Positions 19,289 through 28,585 of a stretch of 40,822 nucleotides of DNA are shown here, piece by piece. Source of the DNA: an uncultured Planctomycetaceae bacterium (GTDB lineage Bacteria > Planctomycetota > Phycisphaerae > UBA1845 > UTPLA1). The notes under the pieces were generated by a model that saw only the letters and a program-made list of their open reading frames with translations, made no database searches and was not told the DNA's origin. Numbering within the stretch: the first letter of the stretch is position 1; every line of letters begins with the position of its first letter. Position numbers and translations under genes: made by a program. The stretch spans positions 1-40,822 of the forward strand of contig CAZNFM010000035.1 in NCBI GenBank assembly GCA_964572385.1. Direction: 5' to 3'.

Positions 19289-19948
19289 TCAAAGCCCGGC
19301 ACTGCGATGCGCTGGCCGTTCGAAGAGAACCAGTCTGTCTTCAGAGCAACTAATCAGCTGCAAGTTGAATGCGTCGGCGATCCAAGCAAAAGTACGGGCA
19401 GAGTAGAACGCCACGTGGGTCATGTCGCGGGCGTACCACCAGTCGGCAAACATATTCGGCCCATGATGCAGCAGAGTCCGGGCCACCAGTCGGCCTCCCT
19501 CGCGCAGCAGGGCAGCTATTCTTCGCAACTCCATCGCCGGGTCAGTGAAGTGTTCGAAGACTTCAACCGCGACGACGGCATCGTAAGGAGAGGAAAGATC
19601 GGCTGCGGGCGCGAAAAGCGGATCGTAGGCGGTCACTCGATAGCCCCGCTCTTGCAGCAACTCGGCCAGGACCGGATTCGGCCCGCAGCCGTAGTCCAGC
19701 ACCCGGCACAGATTTGCGGCGCCCTTCTCCAGGAACGCAATGGTTTCCCAAAGCATCGCGACATAGCCCGGGTCCATTCGGGAGTTGCGGTGAAGTCGAT
19801 ACCTTTCGGCGCACTGCTCCGGGGTGAGCTGGGCTTCCCTGGCGACGTGGATGAGGTCGCAAACCGGGCAATGGTTGAAGGGACGACGGTGGGCGGCAGG
19901 ACAAGCCGCCGTCAAGCTTCCGCACAATGGGCAGATGGCGGGATGCAT
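19289..19948 (-). CDS. Class I SAM-dependent methyltransferase with an N-terminal Cys4 zinc-ribbon
   Basis: CPLCGS…CPVCD zinc ribbon, then Rossmann motif I (VLDYGCGPNPV), acidic motif II (RVTAYDP) and VAVEVFEH. Confidence 0.7.
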   Translation of the reverse strand: MHPAICPLCGSLTAACPAAHRRPFNHCPVCDLIHVAREAQLTPEQCAERYRLHRNSRMDPGYVAMLWETIAFLEKGAANLCRVLDYGCGPNPVLAELLQERGYRVTAYDPLFAPAADLSSPYDAVVAVEVFEHFTDPAMELRRIAALLREGGRLVARTLLHHGPNMFADWWYARDMTHVAFYSARTFAWIADAFNLQLISCSEDRLVLFERPAHRSAGL

Positions 19949-20189
19949 GTGGCCCCATGTTAGCAGGCCAATGCTGCTGCTCAGAACTGATCAGCTCGTA
20001 CGATGGGCGTCCTGGAGCGAGAAGATTTTGCGAATTTTTCGCGGGAGAAACGGGCCGATTTTCACTTGCCTTGAGCAAGTCTGAAATGACAAATCCACCT
20101 TCCAGCGAGACTTGCGCCCAAACGAAAAATGCCTCGTTCATTGAGCTGAACATCGCATGCAACCCATTGTCGAGCCGATAGATGCCGCC

Positions 20190-20243
20190 ATACAATATGT
20201 TGATTCCGAGTCGGTTGACAGCCCCTAGGGCTTGGGGTATTTA
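20190..20243 (+). promoter_or_regulatory. AT-rich promoter-like block upstream of nrdJ: TTGACA-17 nt-TATTTA, with a weak NrdR-box-like element just upstream
   Basis: TTGACA 20215-20220, 17-nt spacer, TATTTA 20238-20243. This is a conspicuous AT island in a 65% GC background. ATACAATATGTTGATT (20190-20205) matches 12 of 16 positions of the NrdR box consensus acaCwAtATaTwGtgt. Confidence 0.3.
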
Positions 20244-20549
20244 AAACATTGCCCCTTGAGGGCGCCGATAACGCTGTATGCCGCGATGCAGTTTGCTAAC
20301 TCTCCGTCTGCGGCGGCAGTGGAAGGCCGATCGGTCCCCGGACCAGGCGAGCGTCGAGGTGCGGGATCGGCGCTGGCATATATCTGACATGCCGGATCGT
20401 AGAATTTTGTAAGCGGGCGGGACTGGAATCAGCGGTGGCCAGGTCCGTTTCGGCCGAGGGAAGGTTTTGTCGACTAGTAAAGTCTGGTTTTAGCGGCGAC
20501 TGGCGGAGTATTGGATACCCTTCAGTCATTGCCGGGAGCAGGATGGCCC

Positions 20550-23216
20550 ATGGTGAGCGCTTCGAAGGAACGAGCGGTCTCGATCGACAAGGATGTTGAC
20601 TGCCAGGTCCGCGATGAGGAAGAGTTCGTTCTGACGGCCAACGCCGTCCGGGTGCTGCGGGCGCGATATCTGGAGAAGGACGAACGCGGCCAGGTTGTGG
20701 AAACACCTGATCAATTATTCGATCGGGTGGCCACGGCCATTGCGGACGTTGAGTTGAAATACGGCGGCAGCGAGGCAGTACGCAGCGAGTGGAAGGCGCG
20801 ATTCAAAAGGCTGATGACCTCGGGTCGCTTCATGCCCAACAGCCCGACGCTCATGAACGCCGGTCGCTCGATGGGCATGCTGAGTGCGTGTTTTGTTCTT
20901 CCTGTCCCCGATTCGGTCGACGGCATATTCGACGCCATCAAGAATACGGCGTTGATTCAGAAGGCGGGTGGCGGCACCGGTTTCGCGTTCGACTCGCTCC
21001 GGCCGACCGGCGACTACATCCGATCAAGCGGAGGTACGACCAGCGGACCGATCAGTTTCTGGCGGGCCTTCAGCGAAGCAACGAATGCGATCCAGCAGGG
21101 CGCTTTTCGGCGCGGGGCCAACATGGGCATGATGAACATTCATCATCCCGACATTCTCAAGTTTCTCCACGCCAAAGAAGACCTCACGCAGTTCACCAAC
21201 TACAACATCTCCGTCAAGGTGACGGACGAGTGGATGAAGGGCTTTAAGGAACAGCCGGATGCCCCGCATCGCACCCGCAATCCCCGCAACGGGCGGGAAT
21301 TCTTACTGCCCAAGTCTTTAGATATCAAGACGTACGACATCCGTCAGTTGCTTCCCGTGGAGGATTATGACGGCTCCGTTCCCGTTTATAGTCGACGCGA
21401 GGTGTGGGAGATCATCATCCGCAACGCCTGGCGGACTGGTGAGCCGGGGGTAGTCTTCATCGACCGGATCAATGAAGCCAACCCGACGCCGCACGTGGGG
21501 CGGATCGAGGCGACCAATCCATGTGGCGAGCAACCGCTGTTGCCGTACGAAGCCTGCAACCTGGGCAGCGTGAATCTCGGCCTGTTCGTCAGGCACGCCT
21601 GTTCACCTCAGGCGGAGGTGGACTGGGATGCTTTACGGGGGACCATTCACGACGCGGTCCGCTTCCTGGACAACGTGATCGATGCCAACAACTACCCGTT
21701 GCCGGAAATCAGCGACATCTGCAAGGCGAATCGCAAGATCGGCCTCGGGGTGATGGGCTTCGCCGATGCCCTCTTCAAGCTCAACGTGGCGTACAACTCG
21801 GAGGAGGGCGTGGCATGGGGCCGCCGTCTGATGGAGTTCGTCAACAACGAAGGACACAACTACTCGGAAAAGCTGGCTCACGAACGCGGTGACTTCCCGA
21901 ATTGGGCCAATAGCCATTGGGACACGCGGTACCGTCGGCGGATGCGCAACAGTTGCGTGACCACGGTCGCCCCGACCGGCACAATCAGCATCATCGCGAA
22001 TTGTTCCGGCGGCGTGGAGCCGCTGTTCAGCCTGGCTTTCTTCCGCAACGTGCTGCACGGCCAGGACGAAGGTCGTGGACCGATGATCGAGATCAACCAA
22101 ACCTTTGAGCGGGTAGCCCGCGAAAGGGGATTTTACAGCGAGGGCCTGATGGAACAGGTTGCCAGGGATGGCACCCTCGCTCATCTCGACGGCATTCCGG
22201 AAGACGTACGACGGGTGTTTGTCTGCGCCCACGACGTCACCGCCGAATGGCACATCCGCATGCAAGCGGCTTTTCAAGAACATTGCGATTCCTCCATTAG
22301 CAAGACAATCAACTTCCCCCATTCCGCGACCGTCGAGGACGTCGATCGGATCTACCGCATGGCGTTCGACCTACGTTGCAAGGGCGTCACGGTTTATCGC
22401 GATGGTTGTCGGGCCAATCAGCCGATGGCGCTGGCGGAATCGGACAAAAGGCATGAAGAGATGAACCAGGGTTCGGAAATGCGCGGCGAGGAGCTCCGGG
22501 AAGCTTCCGCGCCGGCCAAGGTCGAGATTGTCACCGAGACGAATCTGTTCGGAGAACGAATTACCGCGATCAAACCTCCCGCGACGGTTCTCGAACCGCG
22601 GGAGCTTCCGGCCATCACTAGCGGGATTCGCATCCGGCAGCAAACCCCGTTCGGCAACATGCACATCCAGATCACGGTCGATCCCCGCGAAGAGCGAGAA
22701 CTGGAGGTCTTCGCCCAACTGGGCAAGGGCGGAGATATTGCCACTAGTGATCTAGAGGCGATATGTCGTATGATTAGCCTATGGTTGAGGGCTGGCGGCC
22801 GACTCAATCACGTCATCAAGCAGTTGTCGGGCATCGGCTCGTCGTTGCAGATTCCGACTAAGCATGGCAGGATCATGTCCTTGGGCGATGGCTTGGCCCA
22901 CGCCCTCAAGCGTTATACGCGGGCCAAGGAGCGGTTTGGTCTCAAGGCCCTGCTGCTGGGGGAAATCGACCCAGAGGCTCTCGAGAATGACTCGGCTCAC
23001 AGCGAAAAGAAAAGCGGGCAAGGGAACGGCAATGGTGGTGGCAAAACGCCCCCCCCGGGGGATGTCACCTTGGCTGCTGCCCGATTGCTCGAAGCGGCCC
23101 CTCGCCCGACGTCGCTCCGCCAGAATTATCGAATTAAGTGTCCGGAATGCGGAGGAGATCTTGATACCGGCGAAAGCTGCGTGAAATGCCACGGCTGCGG
23201 CTATGCCCAATGCTGA
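20550..23216 (+). CDS. nrdJ: Adenosylcobalamin-dependent ribonucleotide reductase, class II (NrdJ), with a C-terminal zinc ribbon
   Basis: First ATG 20550 preceded by GGGAGCAGGATGG (the track start 20511 is TTG). RNR motifs include NPCGEQPL…EACNLGS (active-site Cys), TVAPTGTISIIANCSGGVEP and a C-terminal CPECGG…CVKCHGCGYAQC. No intein-like insertion is evident. Confidence 0.95.
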   Translation: MVSASKERAVSIDKDVDCQVRDEEEFVLTANAVRVLRARYLEKDERGQVVETPDQLFDRVATAIADVELKYGGSEAVRSEWKARFKRLMTSGRFMPNSPTLMNAGRSMGMLSACFVLPVPDSVDGIFDAIKNTALIQKAGGGTGFAFDSLRPTGDYIRSSGGTTSGPISFWRAFSEATNAIQQGAFRRGANMGMMNIHHPDILKFLHAKEDLTQFTNYNISVKVTDEWMKGFKEQPDAPHRTRNPRNGREFLLPKSLDIKTYDIRQLLPVEDYDGSVPVYSRREVWEIIIRNAWRTGEPGVVFIDRINEANPTPHVGRIEATNPCGEQPLLPYEACNLGSVNLGLFVRHACSPQAEVDWDALRGTIHDAVRFLDNVIDANNYPLPEISDICKANRKIGLGVMGFADALFKLNVAYNSEEGVAWGRRLMEFVNNEGHNYSEKLAHERGDFPNWANSHWDTRYRRRMRNSCVTTVAPTGTISIIANCSGGVEPLFSLAFFRNVLHGQDEGRGPMIEINQTFERVARERGFYSEGLMEQVARDGTLAHLDGIPEDVRRVFVCAHDVTAEWHIRMQAAFQEHCDSSISKTINFPHSATVEDVDRIYRMAFDLRCKGVTVYRDGCRANQPMALAESDKRHEEMNQGSEMRGEELREASAPAKVEIVTETNLFGERITAIKPPATVLEPRELPAITSGIRIRQQTPFGNMHIQITVDPREERELEVFAQLGKGGDIATSDLEAICRMISLWLRAGGRLNHVIKQLSGIGSSLQIPTKHGRIMSLGDGLAHALKRYTRAKERFGLKALLLGEIDPEALENDSAHSEKKSGQGNGNGGGKTPPPGDVTLAAARLLEAAPRPTSLRQNYRIKCPECGGDLDTGESCVKCHGCGYAQC

Positions 23217-23534
23217 TCGGAGATTCTGACCGCAGCGAGTGCGAACCTCCAGCCCGCCGCCCGTGTATACTTCCATGGCGAGTTCGCAGCATGGCTTCAT
23301 CGTGAGCCAGTCTACCGGCGAACGCCTCTTCAATCCGGCTTCTTTCCCCTCCGGAAAGCGCCGAGTTACCCCCAGAGGAACTTGGCGCTTTCTTTGTTCC
23401 CGCCACCCTCTCACCCCCGCTTCTGCCGTTTCTCGTGCCTCGGTATGCTGGGCAACCTCCGCCGCAGGAGCCCCACCGCCCATGAGACGGCGGTCGCCAG
23501 GCCGCGACAACGCTTACTGCGTCGAGGTCCCGAG

Positions 23535-25583
23535 ATGAACGACCATTCATCGCCGTCACTCCCCGCAGCGAGAGGAACGACCCGACCTGCTGCGGCCTTC
23601 GGCGTGCTGGTCGTGCTGCTCTGCCTGTTCGTGCTCTGGCGGCAACATCCTCGCCTGTCTGCGGTCTTTACGAGCGATCGCGTCTTCTTTGTCGATCCAG
23701 ACGATTACACGCGAGTCCATCGGGTCGAACAACTGATTTCCGGACAGGCCCGACGAATTGTACGCATGCCGGAGATCAATTATCCGGTCGGGCTTGACTC
23801 CCACTGGACTTCGCCGATGGATTACCTCTTGGTGGCCTCCTACCACATCTTCGGTCCCCTGATGCCGCACAAGGATCGGCTGGCCGCCGTGTCCGCCTGC
23901 CTGCCGGCCCTGGTCGGCTTGGTTTTCGTGGCGGGATTGGTCTGCTTCGTCCGGCGAGCAGCGGGCACTGCTTCCGCCACTCTGTGCGGACTGTTGGTGG
24001 TCTTATCGCCCGGTTTCTACAGGGTGTTCCAGCTTGGGCATCCGGACCATCATTGCCTGCTCGAACTCCTGCTGCTGGTCGCTTTCGGCTGCTGGTGGCG
24101 GGTCGGTTTTCCCCAGAACCCGGAGCATGTGGGCGCAGGCCGGGTCTCGGCGATCGCCAGCGGTTTGGCCATGGGTCTGGCAATCTGGGTCGCCGCTCAG
24201 GCTCTGCTCTTCTGGGCGGTCCTGCTGACGGGCCTGACCGCAGCAGGCTGGCTCGCGGCTCCCGGGTGTCGGCCGGCTTTTGTCCGGCTGCGGCTCTGGT
24301 GGGGAGGCAGCGTGGCCTTTGCCGTCGCGGTGGGGTTCCTGGTCGACAATTGGCCGGAGCTGAATGTGACCGCCATCGACCGAATCAGCGTCGTGCACGT
24401 GGCCGCGACGATGGTCGGTCTCCTCATGCCGGCACGCGGGCGGCCTTGGCGCCAAGCCTGGATTCTGAATCTGTGTTTCGTCGCCTCGTTAGTCGGGTTG
24501 ATCGGGTGGCTTGCGGCGAATCGTGAAAGCGTGTTTCAGTTCGTTCAAGGGGACGTCTTCCATCGCTGGTCCGCTCAGATTGCCGAACTACAGCCGCTCA
24601 TCGTCCGGAGCGGGCCGGAATGGTCGTTCGCGCCGATGCACGCCCGCCTGGGCCTGCTCCCGTATGCCTTCCCGTTACTGTGGTGGTTCTTCATGCAGTT
24701 TGAGCGCGTCTCTCTGGTGATGAGGGCCACCTTGGGACCGATCAGCGCCCTCGTCATGGTGCTCATCCTGTCGCAGCTCCGCTGGCTGGACCATTTTGGA
24801 TGGGCGGTGGCGCCGGTGGCGGGCATCGGGGTCTGGGGGCTGGTGACGCGCCGCAACCAGCAGGGTTCCGGGGCGAAGGGACGTTTTGCAATGGCGGCGG
24901 CGTTGCTTGCGCTGATGGTCGCCCCGGCTGCGTGGTGGATCCTCACGCTCACGCCGGATCGGGCGGTCGCGGCCAGTGCCCTCCAGGCTCGCACGGACTT
25001 TGCCGCGCGGCGAATCGCCGCACACGAAGAGGCCCATGCGTCCGGCAATCCCTGCCGGCAGGCCATTCTGTGCGATGAGGGCGAAGGCCCTGCGCTGTTG
25101 TACTGGACGGGCTTGCCGGTCGTGGCCGCGCCCTATCACCGGGGGTTGCAAGGTGTGCTCGAAGCTGCCGCATTCTTCGCGGAGAGAGACCCGGGGGCGG
25201 CAAGGGCTCGGCTGGATCGCCTGGGTGTTCGGTATATCGTGGTGCCAACCCGTCCTCACGAACAGCTCATGCAATTCGAACAGCTCGCTTTCGGTGAACT
25301 GCGGTCGTTCGACCCACCGGCCTGGGAACGGGATGAGTCTGGAAGCTGGCGGCCACAGCCTCGGTACCGACCGGAAGTAGTCCAGACCATGGCCTATCGG
25401 CTGGTCATGGCCGAAGGCACCGCGGCGATTCCCGGCGTGACGAAAATCGCGAGCATCGTGGAAGGAGAACCCGACGCCCAAGGGCGACGGATGAAAACGG
25501 GACTGGTATTTGTAGTGGATGACTTGCCGACGTCGGAGCAGCCCGCGACGGCACGACCGGGTGAAGTCCCTTCGCGACCATGA
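23535..25583 (+). CDS. Large polytopic membrane protein, possible GT-C-fold glycosyltransferase (STT3/ArnT-like)
   Basis: ATG 23535 with a GAGG SD (the track start 23382 is TTG). About 11-13 predicted TM helices. The first extracytoplasmic loop carries an acidic DxD-like motif (FFVDPDDYTRVHRVEQL), as in GT-C enzymes. A large C-terminal soluble domain follows. The functional call is tentative. Confidence 0.6.
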   Translation: MNDHSSPSLPAARGTTRPAAAFGVLVVLLCLFVLWRQHPRLSAVFTSDRVFFVDPDDYTRVHRVEQLISGQARRIVRMPEINYPVGLDSHWTSPMDYLLVASYHIFGPLMPHKDRLAAVSACLPALVGLVFVAGLVCFVRRAAGTASATLCGLLVVLSPGFYRVFQLGHPDHHCLLELLLLVAFGCWWRVGFPQNPEHVGAGRVSAIASGLAMGLAIWVAAQALLFWAVLLTGLTAAGWLAAPGCRPAFVRLRLWWGGSVAFAVAVGFLVDNWPELNVTAIDRISVVHVAATMVGLLMPARGRPWRQAWILNLCFVASLVGLIGWLAANRESVFQFVQGDVFHRWSAQIAELQPLIVRSGPEWSFAPMHARLGLLPYAFPLLWWFFMQFERVSLVMRATLGPISALVMVLILSQLRWLDHFGWAVAPVAGIGVWGLVTRRNQQGSGAKGRFAMAAALLALMVAPAAWWILTLTPDRAVAASALQARTDFAARRIAAHEEAHASGNPCRQAILCDEGEGPALLYWTGLPVVAAPYHRGLQGVLEAAAFFAERDPGAARARLDRLGVRYIVVPTRPHEQLMQFEQLAFGELRSFDPPAWERDESGSWRPQPRYRPEVVQTMAYRLVMAEGTAAIPGVTKIASIVEGEPDAQGRRMKTGLVFVVDDLPTSEQPATARPGEVPSRP

Positions 25584-25628
25584 ACCATCTTGATATACTC
25601 CAGACCCAGCCTGGTGTGAGGAAGAGCC

Positions 25629-27689
25629 ATGCCGTCTCCGGAGCAGGAGATCAGCGAACTACGAGAGCAGATCCGCCGCCATGATCACTTGTACTACGTG
25701 GAGGGTCGGCCGGTCATCTCCGACCGCGAATACGACCGTCTTTTCTCCCGGCTCAAGGAACTGGAATCCGCCCATCCGGAGCTGGTCACGCCAGACTCGC
25801 CTACGCAGCGGGTCGGCGGGGAGCCGCTGCAAGACTTCGCCCACGTGACGCACACCGTGCCGATGTTGTCGATTGACAACACCTATAACGAAGCGGACGT
25901 ACGAAAGTTCGACACGCAAGTGGCCAGGGGGCTGGAGGGCGAGCCGTACGAGTACTATGTCGACCCCAAAGTAGACGGCGTGTCGGCAGCGGTGCGGTAC
26001 GAAGACGGGATGCTTGTGCTGGGCGCCACTCGCGGCGACGGCCGCACCGGCGATGACATCACGGCGAACATCAGAACGATCCGTGCGATTCCTCTTCGCC
26101 TGCGAGGGACGGACTGGCCCCGCGTGCTGGAGGCGCGGGGCGAGGTGTATTGGCCTCGGCCTCTTTTCGATGCGCACAATGAGCAGCGCGAGAGCCAGGG
26201 GCTGGAACGCTTCGCCAACCCTCGCAATGCGACTGCCGGCTCACTCAAATCGTTGGACCCCAAGGTCATTGCCCAGAGAGGACTGGCGTTCGTGGCACAC
26301 GGTCTGGGTGTTGTGGAAGACGCGGCCTTCACCACCGCCGAGGAGGTTTTCGCCGCGTTCAAACGCTGGGGGATTCCCGTTAGCCCGTACGGTCGGGTCT
26401 GTGTGAATATCGACGAGGTGCTCCGCTTCATCGCGGACTGGGATCGGAAACGCCACGAGCTGGAGTTTGAAACGGACGGACTGGTCATCAAGGTGAACCG
26501 CCTGGATCAGCGGGAGCGACTCGGGGCGACCAGCCGTTGCCCCCGCTGGTGCATCGCCTACAAGTATGCGGCGGAGCAGGCGGAGAGCCGCCTGCTGGCC
26601 GTCGATTTCCAGGTTGGCAAGCAGGGTACGATCACGCCGCGGGCCGTCATGGAGCCGGTCCAGCTTTCCGGTACGACCGTTCGTCACGCCAGCCTGCACA
26701 ACTTCGACCAGGTCGAGCGGCTGGATGTCCGCATCGGGGACACAGTTCTCGTCCAGAAGGCGGGCGAGATTATTCCTCAGGTCGTTGGCGTCGTTATGGA
26801 GAAAAGGCCGCCGAACGCCCAAAAAGTACTCCCGCCAACGGAGTGTCCGGTGTGCAAAGAGGCCGTGATCAGAGACGAAGGCGGAGTATATCTTCGCTGC
26901 ATCAACCCTGCCTGCACCGCCCAACTGAAGGAGCGGCTGAAGCACTTCTGCGGGCGTGACCAGATGGATATCGAGGGCGCCGGGGAAGTGTTGCTCGACC
27001 AATTGGTAGACAAAGGTTATGTGCGGCAATTTGCCGATCTGTATTCATTGGCCGAGCGTCGCAGCGAGATCCTGGGCGAGGCCCCGACGGAGTCGAGAAC
27101 CGGCGGCCCCGGCGGGAGACTCGAACGCGTAGGGCCGAAGTCCTTCGAGAACCTGCTGGCGGCGATCGAGGAAAGCAAGAGCCGGCCGCTTTCTCGCTTG
27201 TTGGCCGCACTGAATATCCGCCACGTCGGCAAGGCAACGGCCGAGTTGATTGCCGCCCATTTCGGCGATTTGGAGCGAATCGCCGAGGCCTCGATGGAGG
27301 AGTTGCAGCAGGTAGACGGCGTCGGTCCGGAGGTAGCCCGCTCGGTAGATCAGTTCTTCCGCAACCCCGCGGGTCGTCAGACGTGGATGGCCCTTCGGGA
27401 GGCGGGAGTGAACATGACCCAACCCCGGGCAGAGACCGGTAGCCCACAGCCCTTGGCGGGCAAGACAGTGGTGGTAACCGGCGTTTTGAGCGGCCTCAGC
27501 CGGACCGAAGTTGAGAAGTTGGTCAAGGACTTGGGCGGCAAGACTTCCGGCAGCGTCAGCAAGAAGACATCCTTCGTAGTCGCCGGAGCCGATCCCGGAA
27601 GCAAACTTCAAAAAGCTCGGGAGCTGGGCGTGCCCGTGCTGAACGAAGCGGAGTTCCGCAAGATGATCGGTCGCGAGGCATTGGAATAG
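25629..27689 (+). CDS. ligA: NAD-dependent DNA ligase LigA
   Basis: GAGGAAG SD. Adenylation motif DPKVDGVSAAVRYEDG (KxDG); OB, Zn-finger (CPVCKE…CINPAC), HhH and a C-terminal BRCT (KTVVVTGVLSGLSRTEVEKLVKDLGGK). Confidence 0.97.
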   Translation: MPSPEQEISELREQIRRHDHLYYVEGRPVISDREYDRLFSRLKELESAHPELVTPDSPTQRVGGEPLQDFAHVTHTVPMLSIDNTYNEADVRKFDTQVARGLEGEPYEYYVDPKVDGVSAAVRYEDGMLVLGATRGDGRTGDDITANIRTIRAIPLRLRGTDWPRVLEARGEVYWPRPLFDAHNEQRESQGLERFANPRNATAGSLKSLDPKVIAQRGLAFVAHGLGVVEDAAFTTAEEVFAAFKRWGIPVSPYGRVCVNIDEVLRFIADWDRKRHELEFETDGLVIKVNRLDQRERLGATSRCPRWCIAYKYAAEQAESRLLAVDFQVGKQGTITPRAVMEPVQLSGTTVRHASLHNFDQVERLDVRIGDTVLVQKAGEIIPQVVGVVMEKRPPNAQKVLPPTECPVCKEAVIRDEGGVYLRCINPACTAQLKERLKHFCGRDQMDIEGAGEVLLDQLVDKGYVRQFADLYSLAERRSEILGEAPTESRTGGPGGRLERVGPKSFENLLAAIEESKSRPLSRLLAALNIRHVGKATAELIAAHFGDLERIAEASMEELQQVDGVGPEVARSVDQFFRNPAGRQTWMALREAGVNMTQPRAETGSPQPLAGKTVVVTGVLSGLSRTEVEKLVKDLGGKTSGSVSKKTSFVVAGADPGSKLQKARELGVPVLNEAEFRKMIGREALE

Positions 27690-27722
27690 CGATCGCTTCG
27701 GAAAAGACGAAGTCGAGGTGAG

Positions 27723-28499
27723 ATGGTTGCGACAATCCCAACGCGACGGTTGATCGGGCGGCAGGTTGGCAGAGTCGGGTCGTGGCCGTTGCGCATTCGT
27801 GCCGTCTTGGCATTGCTCACACTGGCCGGCCTCGTCGGCTGCGGCGGGCCGCCGCACCGCACGAAGATCTCGGAACTGGATCCGCACGTTGGCGCCTACC
27901 CAGGTCGCGAATCGCCGCTGCCGGCCCGCCCGGAGAAGCCGTCCCCACGTCGTCCCAGTGGTCCGGCCAGCGTTGTCGTGGACGCGGGACACGGCGGCCG
28001 GGATCCCGGCGCGCAGGGACTCTCGGCACTGCCCGAGAAAACGATCAACCTGCGCATTGCCCTGAAGCTGGCCGACAAACTGAAGGCTCGCGGAATCACG
28101 GTCGAGACGACCCGCACGACCGATGTATTTCTCGAGCTGGCGGACCGGGCCGCCAAGGCGGATCGCGCTCGAACGGGCCTCTTTGTCTCGATTCACGCCG
28201 ATGCCAATCCCAAACCTCAGATCTCCGGGACCACCGTATACATCGCTCGCAACGCCGGCGCGGAAAGCGTTCAGGCCGGGCGCAGCATCGTGACTGCCCT
28301 GGAGCGGGCGGGCATCGAATGTCGAGGCCTGGGTCGAGCGAACTACCGCGTCCTGGTGGGTCATTCCCGGCCCGCCGTGCTGGTGGAGTGCGGCTTCCTG
28401 ACCAACAGAGCGGAAGCGGCCAAGTTGAATACTGAGGCCTATCAAGAGAGGGTCGCGGCGGCCATCGCGGAGGGAATCGCGGATTTCTTCGGGCGGTGA
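27723..28499 (+). CDS. N-acetylmuramoyl-L-alanine amidase (Amidase_3 family) lipoprotein
   Basis: GAGGTG SD. Lipobox LAGLVGC. Amidase_3 motifs VVVDAGHGGRDPGA, …FVSIHADA…, TEAY. Confidence 0.9.
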   Translation: MVATIPTRRLIGRQVGRVGSWPLRIRAVLALLTLAGLVGCGGPPHRTKISELDPHVGAYPGRESPLPARPEKPSPRRPSGPASVVVDAGHGGRDPGAQGLSALPEKTINLRIALKLADKLKARGITVETTRTTDVFLELADRAAKADRARTGLFVSIHADANPKPQISGTTVYIARNAGAESVQAGRSIVTALERAGIECRGLGRANYRVLVGHSRPAVLVECGFLTNRAEAAKLNTEAYQERVAAAIAEGIADFFGR

Positions 28500-28528
28500 T
28501 TCCGGTCGCACTACGGTGAGCAAGGGTA

Positions 28529-28573
28529 GTCTGTCGCGCAGCGTCGGTCCGTGCTACACTCTCAGCGACAGAC
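28529..28573 (+). promoter_or_regulatory. Long-stem inverted repeat in the leader of the first uvrA-like gene
   Basis: GTCTGTCGC (28529-28537) and GCGACAGAC (28565-28573) form a perfect 9-bp inverted repeat separated by 27 nt. It lies 13 nt upstream of ATG 28586 and may be an operator or structured leader. Confidence 0.25.
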
Positions 28574-28585
28574 GGCCCCTGCGAC

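Noticed and set aside
19185-19963. Plus-strand ORFs 19185..19406 and 19247..19963, and minus ORF 19563..20195
   Set aside because: They are antisense to or overlap the SAM-methyltransferase gene, which has clear Rossmann motifs. No independent support.
20280-20549. Cobalamin riboswitch upstream of the B12-dependent nrdJ
   Set aside because: I looked for the B12 box (GCCACUG-like) and the AGGGAA/GGUGAAA core. Only loose fragments are present (GAGGGAAGG, GCGACTGG), which is insufficient. I could not run a covariance-model scan, so this stays unconfirmed.
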